Counted from the stretch's first letter, positions 19,195-29,438 are shown. The stretch is 64,000 bases of DNA from Burkholderiales bacterium (GCA_046155535.1 JBJXFN010000129.1:9659-73658); one strand, 5' to 3'. Notes: generated by a model from the letters alone, not told the origin. Program-made: numbers and translations.

Positions 19195-20181
19195 TCAGCC
19201 TGGATCGGCGAGTTGGCCTTCCAGCCACTCGCCGACCTGGGCCGATAGGTCAGCCGCCAGGCAATCGAATTCCCTCACGTTTGGGGTGGCGCGCAACCAG
19301 GTGAGTTGGCGTTTGGCGAGTTGGCGGGTGGCTGCGGTCGCCTTTTCTTTCAATCCGTTCAGGTCCAATTTGCCATCCAGGTGCTGCCATGCCTGGCGGT
19401 AACCCACGCACCGCATGGAGGGCAGGTCCGGATGCAGCTCGAAGTGTTCCCGTAGCCAGCGGACCTCGTGCAAGAAGCCGGCTTCCATCATGCGCTCGAA
19501 CCGTTCGGCAATGCGGGCATGCAATGCCGCGCGGTCCCCGGGTGTCAAAGCCAGAGAAATCATGCGAAACGGCAAAGGCCTGGATGATCCTTGGGCGAGC
19601 AGCGCCGACATCGGTTCGCCGGTGAGAATAAATACTTCCATGGCGCGCTGAATGCGCTGCGCATCGTGCGGATCGAGTCGCTCCGCAGTGGCGGGGTCCA
19701 TGCGCTGGAGTTCACGGTGCATCGCGGGCCAGCCGGCATCCCGCGCCATGGCATCGATCTCGAGGCGGGTGGCGCTGTTCGCGGCAGGCAGCTCGGACAG
19801 TCCTTCGCGAAGCGCCTTGAAGTACAGCATGGTGCCGCCGGTTAACAGCGGGATGTGATTGCGTCCGGTAATCTCGTGCATGGCGAGGAGCGCATCCGCG
19901 CAAAATTGCGCCGCCGAATATCGCTCGGTCGGATCGAGTAGATCAACCAGATGGTGTGGAATCTGCAGGCGGGTGGCGGCGTCGGATTTCGCGGTGCCGA
20001 TATCCATGTGCCGGTAAACCTGCGCTGAATCGACACTGACAATTTCCACCGGGAAATGTCTGGCAAGCTCGATCGCCACGCCGGACTTGCCGCTTGCCGT
20101 GGGGCCCATCAACAGAATTGCCGGGGGGCGCGGCTGCGCAGTGGCAGGTGCCGGGTGAGAAGTGACGGAGTTCGAACCCAA
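19195..20181 (-). CDS. miaA: tRNA dimethylallyltransferase
   Basis: LLMGPTASGKSGVAIELA...DSAQVYRHMDIGTAK. The listed start is TTG and lies inside a heptamer repeat arm, so the true start is uncertain. Confidence 0.9.
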   Translation of the reverse strand: MGSNSVTSHPAPATAQPRPPAILLMGPTASGKSGVAIELARHFPVEIVSVDSAQVYRHMDIGTAKSDAATRLQIPHHLVDLLDPTERYSAAQFCADALLAMHEITGRNHIPLLTGGTMLYFKALREGLSELPAANSATRLEIDAMARDAGWPAMHRELQRMDPATAERLDPHDAQRIQRAMEVFILTGEPMSALLAQGSSRPLPFRMISLALTPGDRAALHARIAERFERMMEAGFLHEVRWLREHFELHPDLPSMRCVGYRQAWQHLDGKLDLNGLKEKATAATRQLAKRQLTWLRATPNVREFDCLAADLSAQVGEWLEGQLADPG

Positions 20182-20275
20182 TTTTGCTTCAGTCGGGAAT
20201 GGAAGGCAGCGCCTGATTTCAGGAATGGGGCCGAAGACCTGTCACTCGTTACCCGTCACGGGTCACTTGCCCCTC
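20148..20275. repeat. Tandem-heptamer hairpin element
   Basis: Left arm GTGCCGG GTGAGAA GTGACGG. Right arm, reverse-complemented: GTGACCC GTGACGG GTAACGA GTGACAG. The mutL stop TGA is part of the first heptamer. Confidence 0.75.
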
Positions 20276-22035
20276 ATGAACATCTTGTCCAGCTCACCGA
20301 GCGTGACCTGAAACCAGGTGGGCCGGCCGTGATTGCACTGCCCGGAACGCTCGGTAGCTTCCATTTCCCGCAGCAGCGCGTTCATCTCTCCGAGCGAGAG
20401 GATGCGGTTGGCGCGCACCGCGGCATGACAGGCCATGGTAGCCAGCAATTCGTTCTGTCGATCCGCCAGAACGCGGCTGCCCCCGTAAGTGCCGATTTCA
20501 CCGAGCACATCGCGCGCAAGCTGGTTTACGTCGGCGCTCGCCAGCGTGTTCGGCACCGCCCGGATGGCGATGGCGTTGGGCGCAATGACCGCCAGTTCGA
20601 ATCCGAGTTTCGAAAGCGTCTGCGTGTTTTCCTCCACGGTTGCCACTTCGAGGGAACTGGCAGGAAATGTGGCGGGAATCAACAACTGCTGGGTGGGGAT
20701 GCGTTCAGCCGCCAGTGCGTTCTTGAGATTTTCATACACGATACGTTCGTGCGCGGCGTGCATGTCCACGACCACCAGGCCCCGTTCATTCTGCGCGAGG
20801 ATGTAGATGCCGCAGAGTTGCGCGAGGGCAAATCCGAGCGGGTAGCCGGCTTGCGCCGGGTCGGGCAACCCTGCATCCATGATCGCGGCGCGCGGCAGCG
20901 CAGAAGGCGCATTGCCAAACAGTGTCTGGTAGAACGCCCGGGGTTCGCCGGCACGCAGATCCATCGGCGTTTGCGCAGGGTATGCTTGTATCGGCATGGC
21001 AGACAGTACGCCGGCGCTGGCGGCAGGCAGGGATGCGGGCTGGCCGGCGCGGGTGCTCGCCAGGGCTTTTTCCAGTGCGTGAAACACAAACTGATGAATC
21101 GCGCGCGCATCGCGGAAGCGGATTTCAATCTTGGTGGGATGCACGTTGGTGTCTACCTGTGCGGGATCCAGTTCCAGAAACAACACGTAGGCAGGATGCC
21201 GGTCGTGGTGCAAGACGTCCGCATAGGCGTCACGCACCGCATGGGCCAGCAACTTGTCGCGAACAAATCGTCCATTGACGAAAAAATACTGGGCATCGCG
21301 CACGCCCCGCGAATATGCCGGCTGCGCCATGACGCCTGATAGCCGCAATCCGCCGCTTTCGACACGCACGGGCAGGGCCGCGTCGCGAAACGCATCGCCC
21401 AAAATGGCGTGAATCCGGGCATCGGCAGTGCCGCCGGGCAAGTGCTGCTGTGCGCGGCCATTGTGGGCCAGCGTGAAGCGCACGGCGGGACGGGAGAGTG
21501 CGACGCGCCGGAAGGCTTCTTCGCAATGGGAGAATTCCGTGGCCGGGGTGCGCAGGAATTTTCGTCGCGCGGGGGTATTGAAATACAGATCCCGGGCATC
21601 GATGCCAGTCCCTTGGCTCATGCCGACCGGTTCGGGCTTGGTGATGTTTCCGTTGAGAGCTTCGACTTTCCAGCCGTGTTCGCTGCCGGCCACGCGGCTG
21701 GTCAGGCTCAGGGTTGACACTGACGCAATACTGGCCAGTGCCTCGCCACGAAATCCCAGACTCGCCACCCCCTCCAGATCTTCGAGAGAGGCGATTTTGC
21801 TGGTGGCGTGGCGGGCCAGCGCCAACGGGAGATCTTCCCGGGCAATTCCTCCGCCGTTGTCTGCGACGCGGATCTGTTTTATTCCGCCCTCCTGGAGCTG
21901 CACCGCAATTTCGGTGGCCCCTGCATCCAGGGCGTTTTCCAGCAATTCCTTGAGCGCAGCCGCCGGCCGTTCGACCACCTCCCCCGCGGCAATCTGGCTG
22001 ATCAGCAGGTCAGGGAGCAATCGGATCGCAGGCAT
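20263..22035 (-). CDS. mutL: DNA mismatch repair protein MutL
   Basis: N-terminal GHKL ATPase motifs IAAGEVVERPAAALKELLENALDAG and DNGGGI. 590 aa. Confidence 0.9.
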   Translation of the reverse strand: MPAIRLLPDLLISQIAAGEVVERPAAALKELLENALDAGATEIAVQLQEGGIKQIRVADNGGGIAREDLPLALARHATSKIASLEDLEGVASLGFRGEALASIASVSTLSLTSRVAGSEHGWKVEALNGNITKPEPVGMSQGTGIDARDLYFNTPARRKFLRTPATEFSHCEEAFRRVALSRPAVRFTLAHNGRAQQHLPGGTADARIHAILGDAFRDAALPVRVESGGLRLSGVMAQPAYSRGVRDAQYFFVNGRFVRDKLLAHAVRDAYADVLHHDRHPAYVLFLELDPAQVDTNVHPTKIEIRFRDARAIHQFVFHALEKALASTRAGQPASLPAASAGVLSAMPIQAYPAQTPMDLRAGEPRAFYQTLFGNAPSALPRAAIMDAGLPDPAQAGYPLGFALAQLCGIYILAQNERGLVVVDMHAAHERIVYENLKNALAAERIPTQQLLIPATFPASSLEVATVEENTQTLSKLGFELAVIAPNAIAIRAVPNTLASADVNQLARDVLGEIGTYGGSRVLADRQNELLATMACHAAVRANRILSLGEMNALLREMEATERSGQCNHGRPTWFQVTLGELDKMFMRGK

Positions 22036-22221
22036 GAGGAATACTGGGAAATAGGCTTGGCGATTATAGCCGCTGGTCCCTGTGGTCCGGCATTCGACTG
22101 CCGGCTATCGCCTCCGACGCGGGCTTTCTCTATAATTTGCCAGCTTTTTCCCTTCCAGGTCGTAGTTTCCTCGGCGCAACGTGTCGCGCCAGGGCTGTTC
22201 CAGAAAAAGGAAATTCCATTT

Positions 22222-23343
22222 ATGCAGATTGGCATACCGGCCGAAATTCGTTCAGGTGAGACTCGCGTGGCGGCAACGCCGGAGACCGTCAAGAAGCTCG
22301 CGGCTTCCGGACATCACAAATTGCTGGTCCAAGCGGGCGCGGGTCTGGCCTGCTCAATTCCGGATGCCGAGTTTGCCGCAGCTGGGGCAACGATGGTTTC
22401 GGATGTCGCCCAGATTTACCAGTCTGACATCGTGCTGAAAGTGCGCAGCCCGGAAGCATCGGAACTGCCCTTGCTCCGAAAAGGCAGCATTCTGATCGGG
22501 TTGCTTGCCCCGTACCAGAAGGACGGCGTGGAGGCGATTGCCCGCACAGGAACCACTGCGTTTGCGATGGAAAAATTGCCGCGCATTTCGCGAGCGCAAA
22601 GCATGGATGTATTGTCTTCGCAGGCCAATATCGGGGGTTACAAGGCCGTGATGCTGGCGGCAAACGCCTACCAGCGGCTGATGCCGATGATGATGACGGC
22701 GGCCGGCACCATCAAGGCGGCGAGGGTCATCATCATGGGCGTCGGGGTGGCGGGATTGCAGGCGATTGCCACCGCCAAGCGCCTGGGCGCGGTGGTGGAA
22801 GCCACCGACGTGCGGCCGGAAACCAAGGAACAGGTGGAATCCCTGGGTGCCAAATTCATTGATGTTCCGCTGACCGATGCAGAAAAAGAAAAGGCAAAGG
22901 GCCAGGGCGGATATGCCAGGGAAATGGGCGACGAGTACCGGAAACGCCAGGCTGCATTGGTCGCCGAGCGCATACGCCAGGCCGATATCGTGATCACCAC
23001 GGCGCTGATCCCGGGACGTCCGGCCCCGGTCTTGGTCTCCGAGGACATGGTCAAGTCCATGAAACCCGGGTCCGTGATTGTGGACATGGCGGTGGAACAA
23101 GGCGGCAACTGCCCGCTTTCGGAACTGGACAAGACAGTCGTTAAACACGGCGTGCGGATCATCGGCATTGCCAATCTGCCGGCCCAGGTGCCGGCCGATG
23201 CCAGTGCCCTGTATGCCAGGAATCTTCTCAATTTCCTGAATTTGCTGGTGGACCCGAAGTCCGGTGCGCTGACACTGGATCGCGGAGATGAGATCATCGC
23301 CGGGTCCTTGCTCTGTATCGACGGAGCAGCAGTCGGGACCTGA
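22222..23343 (+). CDS. pntAA: NAD(P) transhydrogenase subunit alpha part 1
   Basis: From ATG at 22222: MQIGIPAEIRSGETRVAATPETVKKL...VIIMGVGVAGLQAIATAKRLGA. Confidence 0.9.
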   Translation: MQIGIPAEIRSGETRVAATPETVKKLAASGHHKLLVQAGAGLACSIPDAEFAAAGATMVSDVAQIYQSDIVLKVRSPEASELPLLRKGSILIGLLAPYQKDGVEAIARTGTTAFAMEKLPRISRAQSMDVLSSQANIGGYKAVMLAANAYQRLMPMMMTAAGTIKAARVIIMGVGVAGLQAIATAKRLGAVVEATDVRPETKEQVESLGAKFIDVPLTDAEKEKAKGQGGYAREMGDEYRKRQAALVAERIRQADIVITTALIPGRPAPVLVSEDMVKSMKPGSVIVDMAVEQGGNCPLSELDKTVVKHGVRIIGIANLPAQVPADASALYARNLLNFLNLLVDPKSGALTLDRGDEIIAGSLLCIDGAAVGT

Positions 23344-23406
23344 ACAGCGGCGGAGCAGGCAGTATGTGCCTTCTTCCGTGTGGCGCTTTGTTAACTGGAG
23401 GATGCA

Positions 23407-23712
23407 ATGGAAGCAGTGGATCCGATCGTCAATCATCTGACGGTGTTTGTTCTGGCGATTTTTGTTGGTTATCACGTCGTGTGGACGGTGACCCCGGCAC
23501 TCCACACGCCCTTGATGTCGGTGACCAATGCCATCTCCGGCATCATCATCGTGGGCGCCATGCTGGCAGCCGGCCCGCAGCCGATAGATTGGGGCACCCT
23601 GCTGGGATTGCTCGCCGTGACCCTGGCCAGCATCAATGTTTTTGGCGGTTTTCTGGTCACCCAGCGGATGCTGGAAATGTTCAAGAAAAAAGACCGAAAA
23701 CCCGGACACTGA
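23407..23712 (+). CDS. pntAB: NAD(P) transhydrogenase subunit alpha part 2 (membrane)
   Basis: 101-aa hydrophobic protein [21 protein letters not shown], located between pntAA and pntB. Confidence 0.85.
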   Translation: MEAVDPIVNHLTVFVLAIFVGYHVVWTVTPALHTPLMSVTNAISGIIIVGAMLAAGPQPIDWGTLLGLLAVTLASINVFGGFLVTQRMLEMFKKKDRKPGH

Positions 23713-23757
23713 ACCCTGCCGCCGCCCAAACGCCCATGAAACATCCCGGAGAATTGC

Positions 23758-25140
23758 ATGTCGGCTAACTTCGTAGCGCTCGCTTATCTGGTGGCATCGG
23801 TATTTTTTGTCCTGTCCCTGAAAGGACTTTCTTCGCCTTTGACCGCCCGCCGTGGAAACCTGTTCGGCATGGTCGGCATGGCGATTGCCGTCCTGACCAC
23901 CCTGACGGTGACCCGGAACTGGATGCTCATCGTGCTCGGGATCGCCGTGGGCGGGACCATCGGCGCGGTCATCGCCCGGCGTATCCAGATGACGGCGATG
24001 CCGGAATTGGTCGCCGCCATGCATTCGCTGGTGGGTTTGGCGGCGGTGTTGATTGCCATTGCGGCGGTCCACAATCCCGGCGCCTACGGAATCCTGACGG
24101 CCGATGGCATGATTCCGCGCGGAAATCGACTGGAACTGTTCATCGGTACCTTTGTGGGGGCCATCACCTTCAGCGGTTCGGTGATCGCCTTCGGCAAATT
24201 GTCGGGAAAAATTCGCAGCGCCCCGATCGTGTTCGGGGGGCAGCACTGGCTGAATCTGGCCTTGGCAGTGGTGATGGTCGGTTTCGGCGTGGCCTTTATG
24301 TTCAACGACAGTTGGACCCCGTTTGCGGTCATGACCGCTGTGGCCTTCGTTCTGGGCGTGCTGATCATCATTCCGATTGGTGGCGCCGACATGCCGGTGG
24401 TCATCTCAATGCTCAACAGCTACTCCGGCTGGGCAGCAGCCGGAATCGGCTTTTCCCTCAATAATCCGATGTTGATCATTTCCGGTTCCCTGGTGGGCAG
24501 TTCCGGCGCGATTCTGTCGTACATCATGTGCAAGGCGATGAACCGGTCGTTTTTCAGCGTGATCCTGGGCGGATTCGGGGGCGGAGAAGGTGTTGCCGCC
24601 GCCAGTGATGGTGCGCAGAAGACGCATCGCAGCGGCAGTCCGGACGACGCGGCTTTTCTCATGGGCAATGCCGAAACCGTCGTCATTGTTCCCGGCTACG
24701 GCCTTGCAGTGGCGCGGGCGCAACACTCGGTCAAGGAAATGGCCGAGAAACTGCATGCCAAGGGGGTCAATGTGCGATACGCCATTCATCCGGTCGCGGG
24801 GCGCATGCCCGGTCACATGAACGTACTGCTCGCAGAGGCCGAGATTCCCTACGATCAGGTGTTCGAAATGGAGGAGATCAACAATGAATTCTCTACCACC
24901 GACGTGGTCCTGGTCCTGGGAGCCAACGATGTGGTGAATCCGGCTGCTTACGTAAAGGGCAGTCCAATCTACGGAATGCCGATACTGGACGTCCAGAAAG
25001 CCCGCACCGTCATGGTGGTCAAGCGCAGCATGGCCGCCGGATACGCAGGCCTGGACAATGACCTCTTTTACATGGACAAAACCATGATGGTGTTCGGGGA
25101 CGCCAAGAAGGTCGTCGAGGATATCGTCAAGGCCCTTTGA
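23758..25140 (+). CDS. pntB: NAD(P) transhydrogenase subunit beta
   Basis: 460 aa. PGYGLAVARAQHSV...HPVAGRMPGHMNVLLAEA...GANDVVNPAA. Confidence 0.9.
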   Translation: MSANFVALAYLVASVFFVLSLKGLSSPLTARRGNLFGMVGMAIAVLTTLTVTRNWMLIVLGIAVGGTIGAVIARRIQMTAMPELVAAMHSLVGLAAVLIAIAAVHNPGAYGILTADGMIPRGNRLELFIGTFVGAITFSGSVIAFGKLSGKIRSAPIVFGGQHWLNLALAVVMVGFGVAFMFNDSWTPFAVMTAVAFVLGVLIIIPIGGADMPVVISMLNSYSGWAAAGIGFSLNNPMLIISGSLVGSSGAILSYIMCKAMNRSFFSVILGGFGGGEGVAAASDGAQKTHRSGSPDDAAFLMGNAETVVIVPGYGLAVARAQHSVKEMAEKLHAKGVNVRYAIHPVAGRMPGHMNVLLAEAEIPYDQVFEMEEINNEFSTTDVVLVLGANDVVNPAAYVKGSPIYGMPILDVQKARTVMVVKRSMAAGYAGLDNDLFYMDKTMMVFGDAKKVVEDIVKAL

Positions 25141-25336
25141 TTTTGCGCTTGCGTCCGGGGATGCACCGGCGCATGGGAGACTGGACGGGTGCAGCCGCAA
25201 GCCCAATAATTGTCATGCGCGACCCGGGCGGCGCCGGATTGTTCCCTGAGGCGGGTTGCCGCGCGGCGGGCGCAGCGGGTTGCAGGCATTGCAACCGGAA
25301 TTCGTCATCGTCCGTTCCCTAGGACCCAGACCAAAC

Positions 25337-28300
25337 ATGATGGACAAAAAAACGATTTTCTCCAAAACCGGAAAAGGCGTTCTGGAGGTCAAGAACAAAT
25401 CCGGGAAATTGCCCAAGGATCTGACCAGGGTGCTGTCCCTGATCGATGGCAAGTCGCCGATGGTCGACCTGCTCGAAAAATCCGGCCTGAGTGACGCCGA
25501 CATGGAAAAGGCGATCACGCAATTGACGACCGGTGGTTTCATCAAGGAATTCGGCAATACCTCCGGCGCTTCGACCGGCGGGGGAGCCGGCAGTGCCTAC
25601 GTTGACGATCTGGATTTCACTTCTTCGCTCAGTTCGGGAAAATCTGTCTACCAAAATGCCCAGTCGGAGTGGCGTCAACGCGAGTCCGCCGACCGTCTGA
25701 AAGCGGAGGAGGAGGAAAAGCGCAAGCGGGAAGAGGCGGAACGTCTCAAGAAGGATCAGGCGCAACGCCATGGCCGCGAAGAATCCTCTCGTATGGCGGC
25801 CGTGGAGGCCGAGCGCAAAGCCAAGGAAGCGGCTGCGCTGAAGATGCGCGAAGAGGCGGAGCGCAAAGCCAAGCTGCAGGCCGTCGCCATGGAACAAACC
25901 CAGCGCGACATGCAGAAAATTCTGGAGGCCGAACGCAAGGCCTTCGAGCAGGCCGAGTTGAAGCGCCAGCAGGAAGAGCAGAAAAAAGGGCAGGAGGAGG
26001 CGGCCAGGCGGGCAAAGGAAGATGCCGAGCGCAAACGCATCGAGGAAGAAGGGCGCCGGCGCAAGGAGCAGGAGGAGGCGGAGAAGCGCGCCCGCGACGA
26101 GGCTGAACGCAAACGCCGGGAGGAAGAAGAGCGTAAGCGCAAAGAGCGCGAAGACGCGGAAAGACGGGTTCGGGAGGAGGCCGAACGCAAACGCCGCGCG
26201 GAGCAGGAAGAAGCCAGACGGCGCGAGGAGGAAGAGCGCAAGCGCAAAGAGGAAATGGAACGCAAGCGCCGCGAGGAAGAGGAGCGCAAGCGGCGCGAGG
26301 AGGATGAACGCAAGCGTCGCGAGGAAGAGGAGCGCAAACGCCGGGAGGAAGAAGAGCGCAAACGCAAGGAAGAAGAAGAGCGCCGCAAACGGGAGGAAGA
26401 AGAACGCAGGGTGCGCGAAGAAGTCGAGCGCAAACTCAAGGAAGAGGAGGAGCGCCGCCGCAAGGAGGAGGAGGAGCGGCGCAGACAGGAGGAAGAGGAT
26501 CGCCGGCGACGCGAAGAGGAGTTGCGCAAGCTTCGTGAAGAAGAGGAGCGCAAGCGCAAGGAGGCGGAAGACGCCGAGCGCAAGCGCAAGGAAGAAGAAG
26601 AGCGCCTGCGCCTGGAGGCGGAAGTGGCGCGACGCTTGCGGCGTGAAGAGGAGGACCGCCGCCGCCAGGAGGAGGACGAACGCCGTCGGCGCGAGGACGA
26701 GGAAATGCGCGGCGCCGATGGCGACGGACGTGCCGAGGAAGAAAGGCGTCGCGAAGAGGAAGACCGTCGCCGTCGCGACGAAGAGGAACTCCGCCAGAAG
26801 GAGGACGCGGAGCGTCGTCAGAGGGAAGAGGCGGAGGCTCGCCGGCGGGAAGAAGAGGATCGGCGCCGTGCAGATGCGGACCGTCAAGCCCGGGAGGACG
26901 CGGAACGGCTGCGCCAGGAAGATGACCGTCGCCGTCGGGAGGACGAAGAACGCACACGCACCCGCACCCGGGAATCGGCCAGCAGCGATCTGGGTCAGAT
27001 CGACTTGTCCGGCCTTGCGGGATTGCAAGTGCCTCCGCCCTCGACGAAGGCGGATCTGCCGACGTTCGATCTTTCCGGTCTGCGCGCGATGGAAACCCAG
27101 GTCGCGGCGGAATTCGACAAGCAACAGGAAGACCTACGGCGCCGGGAGGAGGAGGAGGAGCGCCAGCGTGAAGAGGCCGAGCAGGCCCGCATGGCCATGG
27201 AGCGCGCGGAACGCGAAGAACACGCGCGCCTGGAATCGGCCCGTCGCGAAGCGGAGGACCGGGAGCGGCGCATCCTGATGGAGCGCGAGCGCGCGGAGCG
27301 GGAAGAGGGCGAACGCAAACGCAAGGAGGAAAAGGAACAACGCATCCGGGAGCAGGAGCAGGCCAAGATCAAAGCTGCGATCGAACGCGAGCGCCAGGAG
27401 GCGATGCGTATCGAAAACGAGCGGCGCAGCCGCGAAGAGGCGCTGGTGCAACGGCGCAAGGAACAGGAGGAGCGGGACCGCAAGCGGGCGGAAGTCGACT
27501 CGCTCCGAAAAACCAAAGCCGTCAAGACACCGCTCGAACGCCTCAAACCCCTGGTGCTCGGGGTCGGCATCCTCGCGGCGGTGGTGCTTGGGGGTATCCA
27601 GCTTGCGCCGCTGAATTCCTATATTCCGGCGATCGAGAAACTGGCCTCCGATCATATCAAGGAGCCGGTGTCGATCGGTTCGGTGAAATTGTCGGTGTTC
27701 AGCGGGATCGTCCTGAATCTTGACGACGTCAAGCTGGGCGCAACGCAGGACGTCAAAATCGGCAAGGTTTCATTGGCCACCGATTTCGGCTCCCTGTTCG
27801 GCGAAACCAAGGTCATCAAGACTTTGCAGGCCGAATCGGTAAACGTGGCGGAAGAAGTGTTGCAACGATTGCCGAAATGGAAGGACGCTGCGGTTGCCGA
27901 CACCCATGTGCAGGTGGGTCGTGTCCTTCTCAACTCCGTGAAACTGGAAACCCAGGCGATGCAGGTGCCAAGCTTTGACGTGCAATTGCAAATGCTGCCC
28001 GATGGCACCATCCGTGGAGGCAGCGTCAATACCACCGATGGCAAGTTGCGCATGGAATTTACACCCAAGGGTAGCGATGTAGAGATTGCCGTGACCGCCA
28101 CCAAGGGCTGGAAACTTCCGCTGGGACCCCAGATCGAAGTGACCGACCTGACGGCGCGTGCCATCGCGTCCCACAGCCAGATCCGGGTGGAGAGTTTCGA
28201 AGCATTCTTGTACGGCGGCGTCGCTAAAGGCAGCGCACTGATCAACTGGGGTGGTCCGTGGTCCATTGAGGGCGACGTGAGCACCGAACGGGTGGGCATG

Positions 28301-28744
28301 CAGGAGCTCATAGCGACCTTCAGTCGCGAAGCCAAGGCCACCGGGCAGCTGGAATCGAAGTTCCGCTATGCCATGGTGGCGGCCGGATTGGGCAAACTTT
28401 TCGAGTCCCCGAAGGTGGACGGCACGTTCACGCTTCGCAAAGGTGACCTCGACGGTGTGGATCTGGTCCGGGCATTACAAGGCGGCGGGCGTGGGGTTGT
28501 ACAGGGGGGTGCTACGCGCTTCGAGGAAATCTCCGGCAGCTTTTCGCTTGCCAACGATCGCTTTCAGTATCGCGGCCTGAAGCTCGCCTCCGGATTACTT
28601 TCCGCCAGCGGCGGGTTCGAAGTGACTCCGGCCAGGGATGTGACAGGAAGAATATTCGTCGAATTACGATCCCAGGCGGCACAGATTCAGGGCAACTACG
28701 ATTTGGATGGTTCTTTGAAAGCGATCATGCTCCGGCCGCGGTAA
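25337..28744 (+). CDS. AsmA-family protein with a small N-terminal domain and a Glu/Arg/Lys (ER/K) repeat tract of about 600 aa before the single TM helix
   Basis: ATG at 25337 (MMDKKTIFSKTGKGVLEV...). ER/K repeats such as EEERKRREEEERKRKEE. TM helix LKPLVLGVGILAAVVLGGIQLAPL. C-terminal AsmA-like region (...FSLANDRFQYRGLKLASGLLSASGGFEV...LDGSLKAIMLRP). Confidence 0.8.
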   Translation: MMDKKTIFSKTGKGVLEVKNKSGKLPKDLTRVLSLIDGKSPMVDLLEKSGLSDADMEKAITQLTTGGFIKEFGNTSGASTGGGAGSAYVDDLDFTSSLSSGKSVYQNAQSEWRQRESADRLKAEEEEKRKREEAERLKKDQAQRHGREESSRMAAVEAERKAKEAAALKMREEAERKAKLQAVAMEQTQRDMQKILEAERKAFEQAELKRQQEEQKKGQEEAARRAKEDAERKRIEEEGRRRKEQEEAEKRARDEAERKRREEEERKRKEREDAERRVREEAERKRRAEQEEARRREEEERKRKEEMERKRREEEERKRREEDERKRREEEERKRREEEERKRKEEEERRKREEEERRVREEVERKLKEEEERRRKEEEERRRQEEEDRRRREEELRKLREEEERKRKEAEDAERKRKEEEERLRLEAEVARRLRREEEDRRRQEEDERRRREDEEMRGADGDGRAEEERRREEEDRRRRDEEELRQKEDAERRQREEAEARRREEEDRRRADADRQAREDAERLRQEDDRRRREDEERTRTRTRESASSDLGQIDLSGLAGLQVPPPSTKADLPTFDLSGLRAMETQVAAEFDKQQEDLRRREEEEERQREEAEQARMAMERAEREEHARLESARREAEDRERRILMERERAEREEGERKRKEEKEQRIREQEQAKIKAAIERERQEAMRIENERRSREEALVQRRKEQEERDRKRAEVDSLRKTKAVKTPLERLKPLVLGVGILAAVVLGGIQLAPLNSYIPAIEKLASDHIKEPVSIGSVKLSVFSGIVLNLDDVKLGATQDVKIGKVSLATDFGSLFGETKVIKTLQAESVNVAEEVLQRLPKWKDAAVADTHVQVGRVLLNSVKLETQAMQVPSFDVQLQMLPDGTIRGGSVNTTDGKLRMEFTPKGSDVEIAVTATKGWKLPLGPQIEVTDLTARAIASHSQIRVESFEAFLYGGVAKGSALINWGGPWSIEGDVSTERVGMQELIATFSREAKATGQLESKFRYAMVAAGLGKLFESPKVDGTFTLRKGDLDGVDLVRALQGGGRGVVQGGATRFEEISGSFSLANDRFQYRGLKLASGLLSASGGFEVTPARDVTGRIFVELRSQAAQIQGNYDLDGSLKAIMLRPR
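25667..27510 (+). repeat. Purine-rich coding low-complexity repeat (GAG/GAA/CGC/AAG codons, partly about 30-nt periodic) encoding the ER/K tract
   Basis: Runs of gaggaagaggagcgcaagcg-type units, interrupted by a non-repeat linker near 26950-27130. It generates spurious long ORFs in five other frames. Confidence 0.7.
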
Positions 28745-28756
28745 TCCGCGGAACGA

Positions 28757-29317
28757 TCAGCTGAGGTCGGCCCGAGTGTCGATGTCGCGCAGGATGCCGG
28801 GATCGCCACATTCCACAATGTCGATCTCGGCAGCATGGCGCTTGACGATTGAGCGCGCGCCTTCGTCTCCCCGCAGGGCAAGAAGCTCTTCCCGGTACCG
28901 ACGATCAAAACCAACCGGATTGCCGCGCTCCCCCGCGCAGGCCGGGATGACAATCGGGGCTCCCCCGGACAATCTCGTAGTCAGTTTTCGAAGAGTGGCT
29001 GGCAGAACATACGGCATATCTCCCAGCGCACACAGCCAGCCATCGGCATTGGCGGATTCCCGGATTGCCCGGATCAGGCTGCGAGACAAACCCTCGTGCG
29101 CGTCCTCGCAAACGAGGACTTTGGCCCCTTCTTTTTCGAACAGCTCCCGCAATGCTTCGTCGCCTTCCCGGATCACCACCAACGTGTCGGGCAGCGCATT
29201 GCGCAGATTTCGATACGACACCATTCCCAAGGCTTCTCCGTTCGAAAGAGGATGCAGCAATTTACCGCCGCCGAAGCGACTGCCACTGCCGGCCGCGAGA
29301 AGGATGCCCTGGATCAT
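28757..29317 (-). CDS. MobA/MocA-like nucleotidyltransferase (molybdenum cofactor cytidylyl/guanylyltransferase family)
   Basis: MIQGILLAAGSGSRFGGGKLL...LGDMPYV...GERGNPVGF. Confidence 0.75.
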   Translation of the reverse strand: MIQGILLAAGSGSRFGGGKLLHPLSNGEALGMVSYRNLRNALPDTLVVIREGDEALRELFEKEGAKVLVCEDAHEGLSRSLIRAIRESANADGWLCALGDMPYVLPATLRKLTTRLSGGAPIVIPACAGERGNPVGFDRRYREELLALRGDEGARSIVKRHAAEIDIVECGDPGILRDIDTRADLS

Positions 29318-29327
29318 TTTGAAGGTC

Positions 29328-29436
29328 GGCGAATGGTGATCAGTGATCGATGGCCGGTGAAAGGCCGGGACAGAACCGGTGAATCCTGGCGCAAAGCGCG
29401 TTTTTACCGTTCACTGTGCGCCGATCACCGTTCAAA
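29328..29436. repeat. Tandem-heptamer hairpin element (GGTGATC/GGTGAAA type)
   Basis: Left arm GGCGAAT GGTGATC AGTGATC ... GGTGAAA ... CGGTGAATCC. Right arm ACCGTTCACTGTGCGCCGATCACCGTTCAAAC is complementary in kind. Fills the amiC-mocA gap. Confidence 0.7.
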
Positions 29437-29438
29437 CT

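Noticed and set aside
21808-22221. A 138-codon N-terminal extension of pntAA overlapping mutL. Similar 5' extensions were seen on the ORFs for xseA, pfp, amiC, the dioxygenase, the DapA-like gene and xrtH.
   Set aside because: Homology-like sequence and SD motifs begin at internal start codons. The extensions overlap neighbouring genes or repeats.
25319-27655. Multiple long overlapping ORFs in five frames over the ER/K region (for example 25319-27124, 25756-26589, 26022-27278). There was also a first impression of a tandem-repeat or CRISPR-like array.
   Set aside because: The purine-rich codon repeat simply lacks stops in other frames. The units are degenerate, with no repeat-spacer organisation. 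The +1 frame is continuous with a bona fide N-terminal domain, a TM helix and an AsmA-like C-terminus.
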